Positions 21,490 to 30,852 of a DNA stretch of 64,000 nucleotides are shown here, one piece after another. The notes below the pieces were generated by a model. The model did no database searches. It had not been told where the DNA came from and saw nothing but the letters and a program-made list of their open reading frames with translations. How positions within the stretch are numbered: the first letter of the stretch is position 1; every line of letters starts with the position of its first letter. The translations under genes were made by a program, and so were the position numbers. This DNA comes from a bacterium (lineage in GTDB: Bacteria; Patescibacteriota; Minisyncoccia; UBA6257; MFKM01), in the NCBI GenBank assembly GCA_030693325.1, contig JAUYAV010000011.1:1368-65367 (forward strand), read 5' to 3'.

Positions 21490-21620
21490 CCCCGTTAGAA
21501 ACTGACTTAGAATTCCCTATTTTTTGTGTAAAACACTAATTTGACAAATAAATCAGATAAAGACAATGGTATAAGAAAAAATTACTCAAGTAATTTTTTC
21601 TTCAGAGGTTTCTAACGGGG
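21490..21620. mobile_element. CCCCGTTAGAAA...TTTCTAACGGGG miniature element, left copy
   Basis: 13-bp terminal inverted repeats, AT-rich interior, 131 bp. Confidence 0.8.
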
Positions 21621-21632
21621 GCAAGCGAGAAC

Positions 21633-21664
21633 AAACAAAACCCCTCCGACTTGCGTCGGAGGGG
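21633..21664 (-). terminator. Intrinsic terminator
   Basis: cccctccgac-gcaa-gtcggagggg followed by ttttgttt on the minus strand. Confidence 0.75.
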
Positions 21665-21735
21665 AAACAGAATGGTTTTTCTTAGATTGGATAATATTGA
21701 TCCAACACAGAAAAACAATCACTCACTTAAAATTA

Positions 21736-21764
21736 AGTATAGCGTAAATTTCATAGAAAGTCAA
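21736..21764 (-). promoter_or_regulatory. sigma70-type promoter (TTGACT-17-TATACT)
   Basis: Near-consensus hexamers with 17-nt spacing on the minus strand. Confidence 0.6.
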
Positions 21765-21822
21765 CCCCAATTTTCACCCCGTAAGATAAACCCTCGCAAC
21801 AGGCGCGAAAGGATAGACCTGC

Positions 21823-21862
21823 GTTCCCTCACTGATATACTTAAGTATATCAGTGAGGGAAC
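21823..21862. repeat. 40-bp perfect palindrome with GATATACTTAAGTATATC core (also 26281-26318, 26455-26478)
   Basis: Read directly from the sequence. Confidence 0.9.
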
Positions 21863-22223
21863 TTATTACCCGGTGGCGGCGGTGAAAGTGCGGAGAGACT
21901 AAAGGAAGGGGAAATAACCATAGAAGACAAGAAATTCTATGAGGGATTTTTTGAGGAAATCGGGGAAGAACTAAGGAAATCAAAGGGAATGGGAGAGGGG
22001 AACAAAAAGCAGGATTAAATTATAGGCGGTAGGCTGTCCGCGCTAAAAGGCTTTGAGGGCAGATTCGTGGATGAGACGGCGATGAGTTTTGGGCTACCTA
22101 TAGATTCTAATTTCTCTTACTTGATATAGCCGCGAGCAAAGATTAAAATGGGCGGATAAAATCCCCAAAACTTTGCTTTAATATCGGAGGGATAATACTG
22201 TAAGAATTAATCTAGTATGAAGT

Positions 22224-22248
22224 ACTATCGAGGTTAAACCTCGATAGT
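22224..22248. repeat. CGAGGTT-x-ACCTCG REP-like palindrome (also 41415-41445, 20492-20526)
   Basis: actatcgaggttaaacctcgatagt. Confidence 0.8.
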
Positions 22249-22273
22249 CGGTAATCAGACATTCGTTTGCTCC

Positions 22274-24913
22274 TTAATTTGCCGCTTCATAAAAAAATTG
22301 GCCATAAGAATATTTATCTCCAGTAGCAGCAAAAGAACTACCATCCATATCTTTATTGAGAAGTATAATCGCTCCCCCTCCATTAGTTATATCTATTATT
22401 GCAATACGAGAAGCAGTATCATAAGTCCGCCCAAATGCCATTGAATTGGATGGCATTGAAATTGTGTAAGGAACTGTGAAGGATGTGACTGTACTATTGC
22501 TTACTCCAGTTAATTTATATTGAACAAACACTGTTTTTCCAATTTTCTTAGTCCAAATATATCCGACTGGAGTAACCCAACCTACCTTCGTAGAAATAGC
22601 AAAGTAATCCGCCCACACACCTTCTTCCGCCGGTTTCGGGCTAAACGCAAACGGCGTTGAGCCTTCTACTACCATACATCCGTCAAGGTAAGCAGTTACA
22701 GTCGTTCCAGCACCAAAAAAGATATAAGGACCAAAATTAGTTGAACCTCCATTATTAGACACCAGATGCGTAACAGTTAACCTTTGCCAAGTTGAATCTC
22801 CTGTATGGTAGGGTGAATAGTCTGCAATACCTGACCCAAATTCGTAAGCGACAACTCTTAATCTATCGGCTACATTACTCCAAGCCCAACAACCCATCGT
22901 TACTGTTTTACCTCTATAAGCCGCTATCCCCATAAGCTGATACAACCCATTAAAGTTTGCACCAGTCATTTTCGCAGAGTATGTTCCTAATTTAACAGTT
23001 GTTGATTCTCTAGATACAGCATCTCCACCAAATACCCACCCATCAGGGGCCGCACTTGTTCCTGCTGACCAGTTCTCAAAGTTGCCGTTAGAGAGGAGAT
23101 TGGTGGGGTTCATATTAGAGGCGTTCCAATTAATATTTCCACTTGCATTCACATTGCCAACATTCAAATCACTGGCAGTTATCACGCCGTAAGGCGCGGC
23201 GGGCGGAGTGAAATTGGAAGTCCAGCGGGCGATGCCTTTGGAGATGCGGAGTTCGTCGAGATAGCCGTTAAAATATCTAATTGAGCCACGCCATCCTATG
23301 GTCCAGTTACCTGTAAAATCAGGTATAGAATACGAAGCTGAAAAATCTCCAGTTGCTACCTGTATGCCATTGTAATACATTTTAAGATTATCTCCGTTAC
23401 GAACAACAGCAATGTGATACCAAGTATCTGCAACTATGGCTGTATCGGAAATAACATTTATTTTAACAACGCCTCCTTCTACAACCAAAAACCTAAATTT
23501 ACCCAAATCTGGACTCGTATTTCCATCTATAACTATAAGATTAGCTCCATCATTATACTGACTCCAAATAGGGGCATAATCATTTAGTGTTCCAGTAAAT
23601 CTCACCCAAGTATCAATAGTAAAATTCCCCGTTCCAAAAGCCCAATCTGCGGAATCTGGAACAGTAAGATAATCCGTGGTTCCGTTGAATAAGCCGCTCT
23701 TGGAACCAAGCTTGTATTGAGCCGTGGTTTGGGTGGCAGAGCCGACAGCGGTAACGGCTTTGCCGGTGGCCGAATCACTGAAGGAAGTTCCTGAACTCTC
23801 CATATGAAGCAATAACTTGTTGTAGCTATCTGTTGTCTGCAATCCTTGAGAAGCGTTTATCAATCCAGCAACGTCTAACATGAAACCTGGGCTCGCCGTC
23901 CCGATGCCGACGTTGCCGCCGTTTGGATTTAACGATAAATTATGATAAGCGCCAAGAGTTGCTCTGTTGGTAGATTGTATCCAGCCAGTAGGTCCACTTC
24001 CGTAATATCCAAAATCCATAACACCGTTATTTAATCCTTGCCCTATACGAAAACTTCCTGTTTGTGTTGAGCCAGTTGTTGCCGGAAGTCCGTTATCTCC
24101 TAAAATGTCTAATTTTAAACCCGGGTTCGCCGTCCCGATGCCGACCTTGCCGGCGTTGGTATTGTAGATATTGGTGGAGGAAGCGGCCCAACCAACGCCC
24201 AAATCAGCCCAGGAGCCACTCTTATAACCCCGGAAAGCATTACTCGCGGTGTTGTAGTAGATAGACCCGTTCTGGGCTCCGGCCACGGGGTCGATAGTCA
24301 ATTGTCCCACGTTAAGAAGATTAGAAATGTTTACATCTTTCCATTTGTAAGTGGCATCACCCAGGGAAAAAGAATTGTCGGCGTTGGGAATCAAACTATC
24401 GTCAAAGGTGGCAGCGCTCACTCTGCCGATGGCTATTTTGAGAGCTCGCGTTATCTGCTGATAGGGATTCTGGCTGTTATAGGTCAAAGCCAGGTTGATC
24501 TGGACAATGGCGTGGGCGTCGGGGTTCTCATACTTGGTGGCCTGGAACTGGGAAACCTTGACCTGGCTGTTGGTCAGAGGGGCGATGGCTCCGGTTCCCT
24601 GTTTGAGGTAGATGCCGTTAGCATCGGAGGAAATGATGGTGGGGTCTAAAGAGGAGGAAGCCATCCTCAAGACCAAACTGGACGAAGCGACTCCGGCCGG
24701 ATTTTCAATGTTGGCGCTTTCTCTGACCAACCTTTGAATAGTGGATTGGACAAAAGCCAACTGCTGGGTGAGCTCGGAATCAGCCGAGGTTTGGGTCTGA
24801 ACTCTGGTGAAGGTGATGAGGACGCCGGAAAAGACGCCGACGGAGATGGAGAAGATCACGGTATAGACTAACAATTCAATCAGAGTGAAACCTTTGTTGT
24901 TGGGGTGATCCAT
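22274..24913 (-). CDS. Type IV prepilin-like protein fused to fibre-like repeats, a LamG-like domain and a carbohydrate-binding-like domain (putative adhesin)
   Basis: KGFTLIELLVY cleavage/methylation motif; GxVGIGT repeats; 'FTIDTW...WYHIAVVR...GYLDELRIS' LamG pattern; 'NLLSNGNFE' CBM-like start. Confidence 0.88.
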   Translation of the reverse strand: MDHPNNKGFTLIELLVYTVIFSISVGVFSGVLITFTRVQTQTSADSELTQQLAFVQSTIQRLVRESANIENPAGVASSSLVLRMASSSLDPTIISSDANGIYLKQGTGAIAPLTNSQVKVSQFQATKYENPDAHAIVQINLALTYNSQNPYQQITRALKIAIGRVSAATFDDSLIPNADNSFSLGDATYKWKDVNISNLLNVGQLTIDPVAGAQNGSIYYNTASNAFRGYKSGSWADLGVGWAASSTNIYNTNAGKVGIGTANPGLKLDILGDNGLPATTGSTQTGSFRIGQGLNNGVMDFGYYGSGPTGWIQSTNRATLGAYHNLSLNPNGGNVGIGTASPGFMLDVAGLINASQGLQTTDSYNKLLLHMESSGTSFSDSATGKAVTAVGSATQTTAQYKLGSKSGLFNGTTDYLTVPDSADWAFGTGNFTIDTWVRFTGTLNDYAPIWSQYNDGANLIVIDGNTSPDLGKFRFLVVEGGVVKINVISDTAIVADTWYHIAVVRNGDNLKMYYNGIQVATGDFSASYSIPDFTGNWTIGWRGSIRYFNGYLDELRISKGIARWTSNFTPPAAPYGVITASDLNVGNVNASGNINWNASNMNPTNLLSNGNFENWSAGTSAAPDGWVFGGDAVSRESTTVKLGTYSAKMTGANFNGLYQLMGIAAYRGKTVTMGCWAWSNVADRLRVVAYEFGSGIADYSPYHTGDSTWQRLTVTHLVSNNGGSTNFGPYIFFGAGTTVTAYLDGCMVVEGSTPFAFSPKPAEEGVWADYFAISTKVGWVTPVGYIWTKKIGKTVFVQYKLTGVSNSTVTSFTVPYTISMPSNSMAFGRTYDTASRIAIIDITNGGGAIILLNKDMDGSSFAATGDKYSYGQFFYEAAN

Positions 24914-24960
24914 GTTTATTGATTAATATTTATTGGACGACCTTGGCTGGCCTGGGAAGG

Positions 24961-24993
24961 GGAAATAAAAACCCCGCTCTGACGAGGCGGGTT
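24961..24993 (-). terminator. Terminator-like hairpin inside the leader ORF
   Basis: aacccgcctc-gtca-gagcggggtt followed by a U-rich tail (tttattt) on the minus strand; one bulge. Confidence 0.55.
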
Positions 24994-25104
24994 GGCCAAA
25001 CTGTTGTTCAAATCAAAAACTACCTTGATTAAAAAGGCGACCGTAAGAATCAGGAGAAGATTGATGACCGCTAAGCGGCGGACTTGTTTACTGACTCCGC
25101 TTTT

Positions 25105-25163
<59 letters not shown>

Positions 25164-25331
25164 GACCCGATGGACAAAGATTGGAAGAAGTTAAATAGTT
25201 TCATAATAAAATTATAACATATTATATATTAATGAAAATCAAAATAGATTTTGCTATAATAAAAAAGGCAGGTAGCTGAGCACTCACTTAATAAAACAAA
25301 AAACGGAGGTCACCACTATCTGCCTTTTTCT

Positions 25332-26243
25332 ATGTTTCAGAAAAATATTCCTTTAAAAAAATACACCAGTTTCAAAATCGGCGGACCGGCCGATTATTTT
25401 TTTAAAGTTAGAAAAATAAAGAATCTTATTGAAGCCGTTAAAGAAGCAAAACAAAATAAAATACCAATTTTCATTTTTGCTGGAGGAACTAAAATATTAG
25501 TCAGTGATAAGGGCATCAAGGGGTTAGTTATAAAAATTCAAACTTCAAAAATTGAAATTAAAAAAAACAGAATCATCAGTGAAGCGGGAGTTAATTTAAA
25601 TAAATTAGTAGCCGCGTCAATTAAAAACGGCTTAACCGGCTTGGAATGGGCGATTGGCATTCCCGGCACAATCGGCGGCGCTATTCACGGCAACAGCGGG
25701 GCCTTCGGCGCTTCTATTTCCAACTCCGTAAAAAGCGTCACCGCCTTAAATCCGAAAAATTTTAAAATTAAAAAATATTCCGGCAAGCAATGCCGCTTCG
25801 GCTATCGGGACAGTATTTTTAAAAAAAATAAAAATATCATTCTTTCGGTGGAATTGCAGTTGAAACAAAACAAATCAAAAAATAATTTGGAAACGATTAG
25901 AGGATATTTAAAAAGAAGAAAAGAAAGAATCCCTGAATATTACTCGGCCGGAAGTGTTTTCAAAAATCTTAAATTCAAATCTTTAAACAAAGACATCCAA
26001 AAAATTATTCCCAAAAATAAAATCAAAGGCGGCATGGTGCCGGCGGGCTATCTTATTGAAAACTGCGGGCTAAAAGGAAAAAGTAGCGGTGGAGCGAAAA
26101 TTTCCGAACAACAAGCCAACATTATTATTAATTTTAATAAAGCCAGAGAAAAAGACGTTTCTTCGTTAATTGATTTAGCTAAAAAACAAGTCAAGAAAAA
26201 ATTCGGGGTTAAATTAGAAGAGGAAATAATTTATTTGGGCTAA
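25332..26243 (+). CDS. murB: UDP-N-acetylmuramate dehydrogenase
   Basis: TSFKIGGPAD, GLEWAIGIPGTIGG, FGYRDS, SAGSVFKN, LEEE. Confidence 0.95.
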   Translation: MFQKNIPLKKYTSFKIGGPADYFFKVRKIKNLIEAVKEAKQNKIPIFIFAGGTKILVSDKGIKGLVIKIQTSKIEIKKNRIISEAGVNLNKLVAASIKNGLTGLEWAIGIPGTIGGAIHGNSGAFGASISNSVKSVTALNPKNFKIKKYSGKQCRFGYRDSIFKKNKNIILSVELQLKQNKSKNNLETIRGYLKRRKERIPEYYSAGSVFKNLKFKSLNKDIQKIIPKNKIKGGMVPAGYLIENCGLKGKSSGGAKISEQQANIIINFNKAREKDVSSLIDLAKKQVKKKFGVKLEEEIIYLG

Positions 26244-26625
26244 GCGAACCAAACTTGCCCTCGGCCTCGCTTTGTCCGAGATCTTATACTGATATACTTA
26301 AGTATATCAGTATAAGATTATCCTCTTGATTAGAATATCGGATTTAAAGCATTAGATTAGAGTATTAGTATCGGAACAAACCCGATATTTCCTATATTTT
26401 TATTTCCTATATTTACAATATTTTCATTTATTTCCATTTTACATTTCTTCCAACAGCGATATACTTAAGTATATCGCTCCGGCAACATAGACTAAGCCCA
26501 ATGTACCCGTCGCAAAGGTTTATTTTATCTCCGATGTCTATCGGGGGACCCTGCCCGCCTTCGCGGTGCCGTAGCCCCGCTTCGGTGGGCGGAAGCCCGT
26601 ACCCGTCACATAGTTATCCCCATTT

Positions 26626-26756
26626 ACCCCGTTAGAAATCCTGAACAGAAAAAAATTTCTAATTTTTATCTGTTATAACAGATAAATCAAACATAAGCTT
26701 TTAATAATTATAGATAATGCTTGCTTAATAAGTATTTATCGGACTTCTGACGGGGT
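26626..26756. mobile_element. ACCCCGTTAGAA...TTCTGACGGGGT miniature element, right copy
   Basis: Terminal inverted repeats, 131 bp; interior resembles the reverse complement of 21490-21620. Confidence 0.8.
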
Positions 26757-26827
26757 TTACTTTATTTCCCGATATGATAGAATAAACCTTATAGAAAAAA
26801 GAAGAGATGGTGAGGTTGTCTCTTCAT

Positions 26828-26862
26828 AAAATCGCTCCGATAATTATCGGAGCGATTTTTAT
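26828..26862 (+). terminator. Perfect 32-bp palindrome with U-tract
   Basis: aaaatcgctccgataattatcggagcgatttt. Confidence 0.6.
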
Positions 26863-26903
26863 TCCGCCTTGCTCAACGGATTAGAAATTTGTATAATTAA
26901 GGC

Positions 26904-27272
26904 ATGAAAATAAACATTAAAGCCATTAATTTGGATTTAACGCCGGCCCTTAACCAATACATAGAAGATAAAATCGGCTCGCTTTCGAAATTTCTTAAAA
27001 ATTATGAAATTGAATCAGAAATCCAGGCCCGCGTGGAAGTCGCCCGAACTACGCGGCACCATCATAGCGGCAATGTATTTAAAGCCGAGGTCAACCTTGA
27101 CCTGCCTAAAAAAATCTTAAGAAGCGTCGCCGAAAAGGAAGACATCAGATTGGCTATCAACAAAGTCAGAGACGAATTACAGCAGGAAATAAAAAAACAT
27201 AATCAAAAATTAAACATTAAAAATGATAAAAAAGCTTATAGAGAAGTTCTTAGGCGGAAAGGGCAAATATAA
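26904..27272 (+). CDS. hpf: Ribosome hibernation factor HPF/RaiA
   Basis: LDLTPALNQYIEDKI...AINKVRDEL; upstream of secA. Confidence 0.88.
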   Translation: MKINIKAINLDLTPALNQYIEDKIGSLSKFLKNYEIESEIQARVEVARTTRHHHSGNVFKAEVNLDLPKKILRSVAEKEDIRLAINKVRDELQQEIKKHNQKLNIKNDKKAYREVLRRKGQI

Positions 27273-29700
27273 AAATTTTGTTGCCGAAATTAACAGCCTG
27301 GAACCGGAACTGGAAAAATTAAGCGGCCAGGAATTAAAAGAGAAAAGCAACTACCTAAAAAAAATAATTCAGGAAAACGAGGAAAACCTGAATGATTTTA
27401 ATTTTATTTGCCAAAGTTTCGCTTTAATAAGAGAAGCCGCCAAAAGAACCTTAAATCAGCGCCATTTTGATGTTCAACTTATAGGCGGCTTGGTTTTACA
27501 CGAAGGAAAAATCGCCGAAATGTTAACCGGCGAAGGCAAAACTCTCGCCGCCACTCTGCCGGCTTATCTAAACGCTTTAAGCGGCAAAGGCGTTCATGTT
27601 ATCACAGTGAACGATTATTTGGCGCGCCGGGATGCCATTTGGATGGGGCAGGTATACCAGGCGCTTGGCCTTTCGGTCGCTTGCATAACACATGATGCGG
27701 CTTATTTATACGATTCCAATTTTACTGTTGAAAATGACAAAGCGCCCGAAATAAAAAATAATGAAAATAATTTAGACAAAGAACGCGATGTCTTGGGCGG
27801 CTTCAAAATAGTCCAGGAATTTCTGCGGCCGATTTCACGGAAAGAGGCCTATGCGGCTGATATTATTTACGGCACCAACCACGAATTTGGGTTTGATTAT
27901 TTAAGAGATAATTTAAGTTTAAGATTAATTGACCAATCCCAAAGGCCGCTTAATTACGCCATTATTGACGAGGTTGACAGCATTTTAATTGATGAAGCCC
28001 GAACACCACTGATTATCGCTTCGCCTGATGCCCAGTCAAGCGAATACTACAAAATTTTCGCCCGCATCGTTGACGACCTTAAACCGGAAGAAGATTATCT
28101 GGTTGAAGAAAAACAGAAAGCCGTAAATATCACCCAGGAAGGAATTAATAAAGTGGAAAAAAATCTCCAGCTGAAAAATCTTTACGGTCCGGAAAACTTC
28201 CAACTGGTTCATTATCTTGAAGTGTCTTTGAAAGCCAAAGCTCTTTTTCGCTGCGACAAACATTACCTTGTGAAAAACGGCGAAGTAATAATTATTGACG
28301 AGTTCACAGGGCACTTAATGCACGGCCGCCGTTATTCCGTCGGACTTCATCAGGCAATCGAAGCCAAAGAATGGCTCTTTGATAAAAGCGTGAATGTCCA
28401 ATTGGAATCCCGAACCCTGGCCCAAATTACCATTCAGAATTATTTCCGTTTGTACAAAAAAATTTCCGGAATGACCGGCACCGCTCAAACTTCAGCCGAA
28501 GAATTTCATAAAGTTTATAACTTGGAGGTAGTCAGCATCCCGTCAAATAAACCCCTGACGCGCAAAGATTTTCCCGATGCCATTTATAAAACCAGGGAAG
28601 CGAAATACCAGGCGGCGATTGAAGAAATAAAAAAATATCATGACCAGGGCCGGCCGATTTTAGTGGGAACGCCTTCCACTGACCAAAATGAAATACTTTC
28701 GGGTTTATTGTTCCAGAGCGGCATTCCTCATGAGGTTTTGAACGCTAAAAATAACGAACGGGAAGGCGCTATTATCGCTCAAGCCGGAAAATTGAAAGCG
28801 GTAACCGTGGCGACAAACCGCGCCGGTCGAGGAGTGGATATCGTGCTCGGAGGCAATCCCGTCAACCCGGAAGAAGCGGAAAAAGTCAGAAATTTGGGCG
28901 GACTTTGCATAATCGGCACGGAAAGACACGAAGCGCGCCGCATTGACAATCAGTTGCGAGGACGCGCCGGCCGCCAAGGAGATCCGGGCGCTTCCCGATT
29001 TTTCTTATCGCTGGAAGACGATTTATTGAAAATTTTCGGCGGCGACAAAATAAAAAATATTATGCAAGCTTTTAAATTGCCGGAAGATATGCCTATTGAA
29101 TCGGGTTTGGTTTCCAACGCCGTCAATCAGGCGCAGGCAAAAATTGAAGGATTTAATTTTGACATTCGCCGTCATCTTCTTGATTTTGACGATATTTTAA
29201 ACAAACAGCGAAGTTTTATTTACGGCCGGCGTCAGAAAATTTTAAACGCCATTGAAAAAGGCGATTTTGAATCTTTATTTAAAGAAACTACCAACAAAGA
29301 TTTGAGCGATGAAGAAAAAACCAAATTAAATCCCGAATTGAAAACTTTTCTCGGCCAACAGATGTTAAGAATTATGGATTTGCTTTGGATGGAAAATCTG
29401 GAAAATCTGGAATCATTGAGAGAATCAGTCAGTTTAAGGGCTTACGGCCAGCACGAGCCGATAGTTGAATACCGCCAGGAAAGTTATCGTTTATTCAAAA
29501 GTTTCCAAGCTAATTTTCAGGGGATGGTCGCAGAAATTACTTCCCAAATTTTAGCCAATCCCGCGGCAGTCGCTATGTCTGCGCCGACTCCTCCGCCTGA
29601 CGACACTCATAAAAAAATCGGCCGCAACGACCCCTGTTGGTGCGGGGCGAAAAAGCCAGACGGAACTCCGATAAAATACAAGCATTGCCATGGGAAATAA
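27223..29700 (+). CDS. secA: Preprotein translocase ATPase SecA
   Basis: TGEGKT, TVNDYLA, DEVDSILIDEARTPLI, QLRGRAGRQGDPG, SEC-C-like tail. Confidence 0.97.
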   Translation: MIKKLIEKFLGGKGKYKNFVAEINSLEPELEKLSGQELKEKSNYLKKIIQENEENLNDFNFICQSFALIREAAKRTLNQRHFDVQLIGGLVLHEGKIAEMLTGEGKTLAATLPAYLNALSGKGVHVITVNDYLARRDAIWMGQVYQALGLSVACITHDAAYLYDSNFTVENDKAPEIKNNENNLDKERDVLGGFKIVQEFLRPISRKEAYAADIIYGTNHEFGFDYLRDNLSLRLIDQSQRPLNYAIIDEVDSILIDEARTPLIIASPDAQSSEYYKIFARIVDDLKPEEDYLVEEKQKAVNITQEGINKVEKNLQLKNLYGPENFQLVHYLEVSLKAKALFRCDKHYLVKNGEVIIIDEFTGHLMHGRRYSVGLHQAIEAKEWLFDKSVNVQLESRTLAQITIQNYFRLYKKISGMTGTAQTSAEEFHKVYNLEVVSIPSNKPLTRKDFPDAIYKTREAKYQAAIEEIKKYHDQGRPILVGTPSTDQNEILSGLLFQSGIPHEVLNAKNNEREGAIIAQAGKLKAVTVATNRAGRGVDIVLGGNPVNPEEAEKVRNLGGLCIIGTERHEARRIDNQLRGRAGRQGDPGASRFFLSLEDDLLKIFGGDKIKNIMQAFKLPEDMPIESGLVSNAVNQAQAKIEGFNFDIRRHLLDFDDILNKQRSFIYGRRQKILNAIEKGDFESLFKETTNKDLSDEEKTKLNPELKTFLGQQMLRIMDLLWMENLENLESLRESVSLRAYGQHEPIVEYRQESYRLFKSFQANFQGMVAEITSQILANPAAVAMSAPTPPPDDTHKKIGRNDPCWCGAKKPDGTPIKYKHCHGK

Positions 29701-29701
29701 A

Positions 29702-29731
29702 GCCAACGGCTCAACGCGTTGAGCCGTTGGC
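29702..29731. repeat. 30-bp perfect palindrome after the secA stop
   Basis: gccaacggctcaacgcgttgagccgttggc. Confidence 0.85.
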
Positions 29732-29772
29732 AAATGCAAGAAGTGTCATGGGAAATAAAAAAATGGTAAAAT

Positions 29773-30129
29773 TTGATTATGGTTATTAGAATAGTAAAAA
29801 CTACAATTAAAAAATCGGAGCTTTTGGAAATAGCAAGTGAAGGATTCGGCGATATTGTTAAAGCGGTTGTAGACATTGGGCAAGGAATTATGGCTGTTGG
29901 CGGAGAACTTCACGCCGATGAGGAAGTTTTACTGACAGAACAAGAAGATTCAAAACGAGAAAATACCTGGGGAATAAACATTTATCCCCAAAAATCAGAA
30001 AACAAATGGATTGAGTTTGATTCAATGGTTAATCTTAAGCCGCATTTTGGCAATCGTTCCCGCGATGTGGAAAATCCGGAAATAAGAGAAAAAATCAGAG
30101 ATATCGTCAAAAAATTAATTACCGTTTAA
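29773..30129 (+). CDS. DUF5674-like protein
   Basis: VKAVVDI...GGELHADEE...WGIN...IEFDSMVN pattern, recognised from memory. Confidence 0.7.
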   Translation: MIMVIRIVKTTIKKSELLEIASEGFGDIVKAVVDIGQGIMAVGGELHADEEVLLTEQEDSKRENTWGINIYPQKSENKWIEFDSMVNLKPHFGNRSRDVENPEIREKIRDIVKKLITV

Positions 30130-30130
30130 A

Positions 30131-30156
30131 CCTAAGTACAATCAATTGGACTTAGG
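30131..30156. repeat. CTAAGTCCAATCGATTGGACTTAG palindrome family (perfect copy at 49610-49633)
   Basis: Two-mismatch copy; both copies are followed by GGTA. Confidence 0.8.
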
Positions 30157-30191
30157 GTAATGGTTTTAAATATTTTAAAATATTTTCAAGA

Positions 30192-30521
30192 ATGGCTTTT
30201 CAACATAAAGAATTGGCAACGGGTCAATGGCAAAAACTTTCGCTGGTAGAGCAACTGGGCAATATCGGCAGTGAAATTCTAAGGGTTTCGCGCCAAGAAG
30301 GCAAAAACGAAAAATTATTTTGGGGAGCAGTGGAGCGAGCTTTGGAGCTTTTTGATTTGACGCTGGACGACCCTCGCTGGAAAGGTCGCTGTTGGGAAAT
30401 TGCCAGGGCCCGAGAAGTTTTTTGCGACGCCGTTTACGGCGGGAAGCTTTACAAAAGCTCACTTCAGGATTTGACGCGTTATTTTGATATTTTCGCTTTT
30501 GCCGCGAGAAATAAATATTAA
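30192..30521 (+). CDS. Hypothetical helical protein
   Basis: Clean ORF in operon; W...EQLGNIGSE...RALELFDLT...REV motif. Confidence 0.75.
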   Translation: MAFQHKELATGQWQKLSLVEQLGNIGSEILRVSRQEGKNEKLFWGAVERALELFDLTLDDPRWKGRCWEIARAREVFCDAVYGGKLYKSSLQDLTRYFDIFAFAARNKY

Positions 30522-30545
30522 TCCGCCATTGCCACGGAAAATAAT

Positions 30546-30848
30546 ATGAAATATAACAAATTAGTAAGAGATAAAATACCCGAATACATTCGCAAAAAAG
30601 GCGAAACGCCGATTACGCATATCGCGGATGAAACGGAATATTGGCAAAAACTGAAAGAAAAACTGATTGAGGAAATTGAGGAATTCAATAAAAATGAAAG
30701 TGTTGAAGAATTTGCCGATATCTTGGAAGTGCTGGACGCGATTGCCGACTATAAAAAATTTGATAAAAAAGAGATAGAAAAAATAAAGGCGGAAAAAGCG
30801 GAAGCAAAAGGAAAATTCAAAAAGCGGATAATTCTTGACGAATCATAG
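30546..30848 (+). CDS. MazG-like nucleoside triphosphate pyrophosphohydrolase
   Basis: YNKLVRDKIP, KLIEEIEEF, EEFADILEV. Confidence 0.88.
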   Translation: MKYNKLVRDKIPEYIRKKGETPITHIADETEYWQKLKEKLIEEIEEFNKNESVEEFADILEVLDAIADYKKFDKKEIEKIKAEKAEAKGKFKKRIILDES

Positions 30849-30852
30849 GGTC

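Noticed and set aside
25210-25237. dif-like sequence on the minus strand
   Set aside because: Only a partial match in very AT-rich promoter DNA; cannot be separated from chance.
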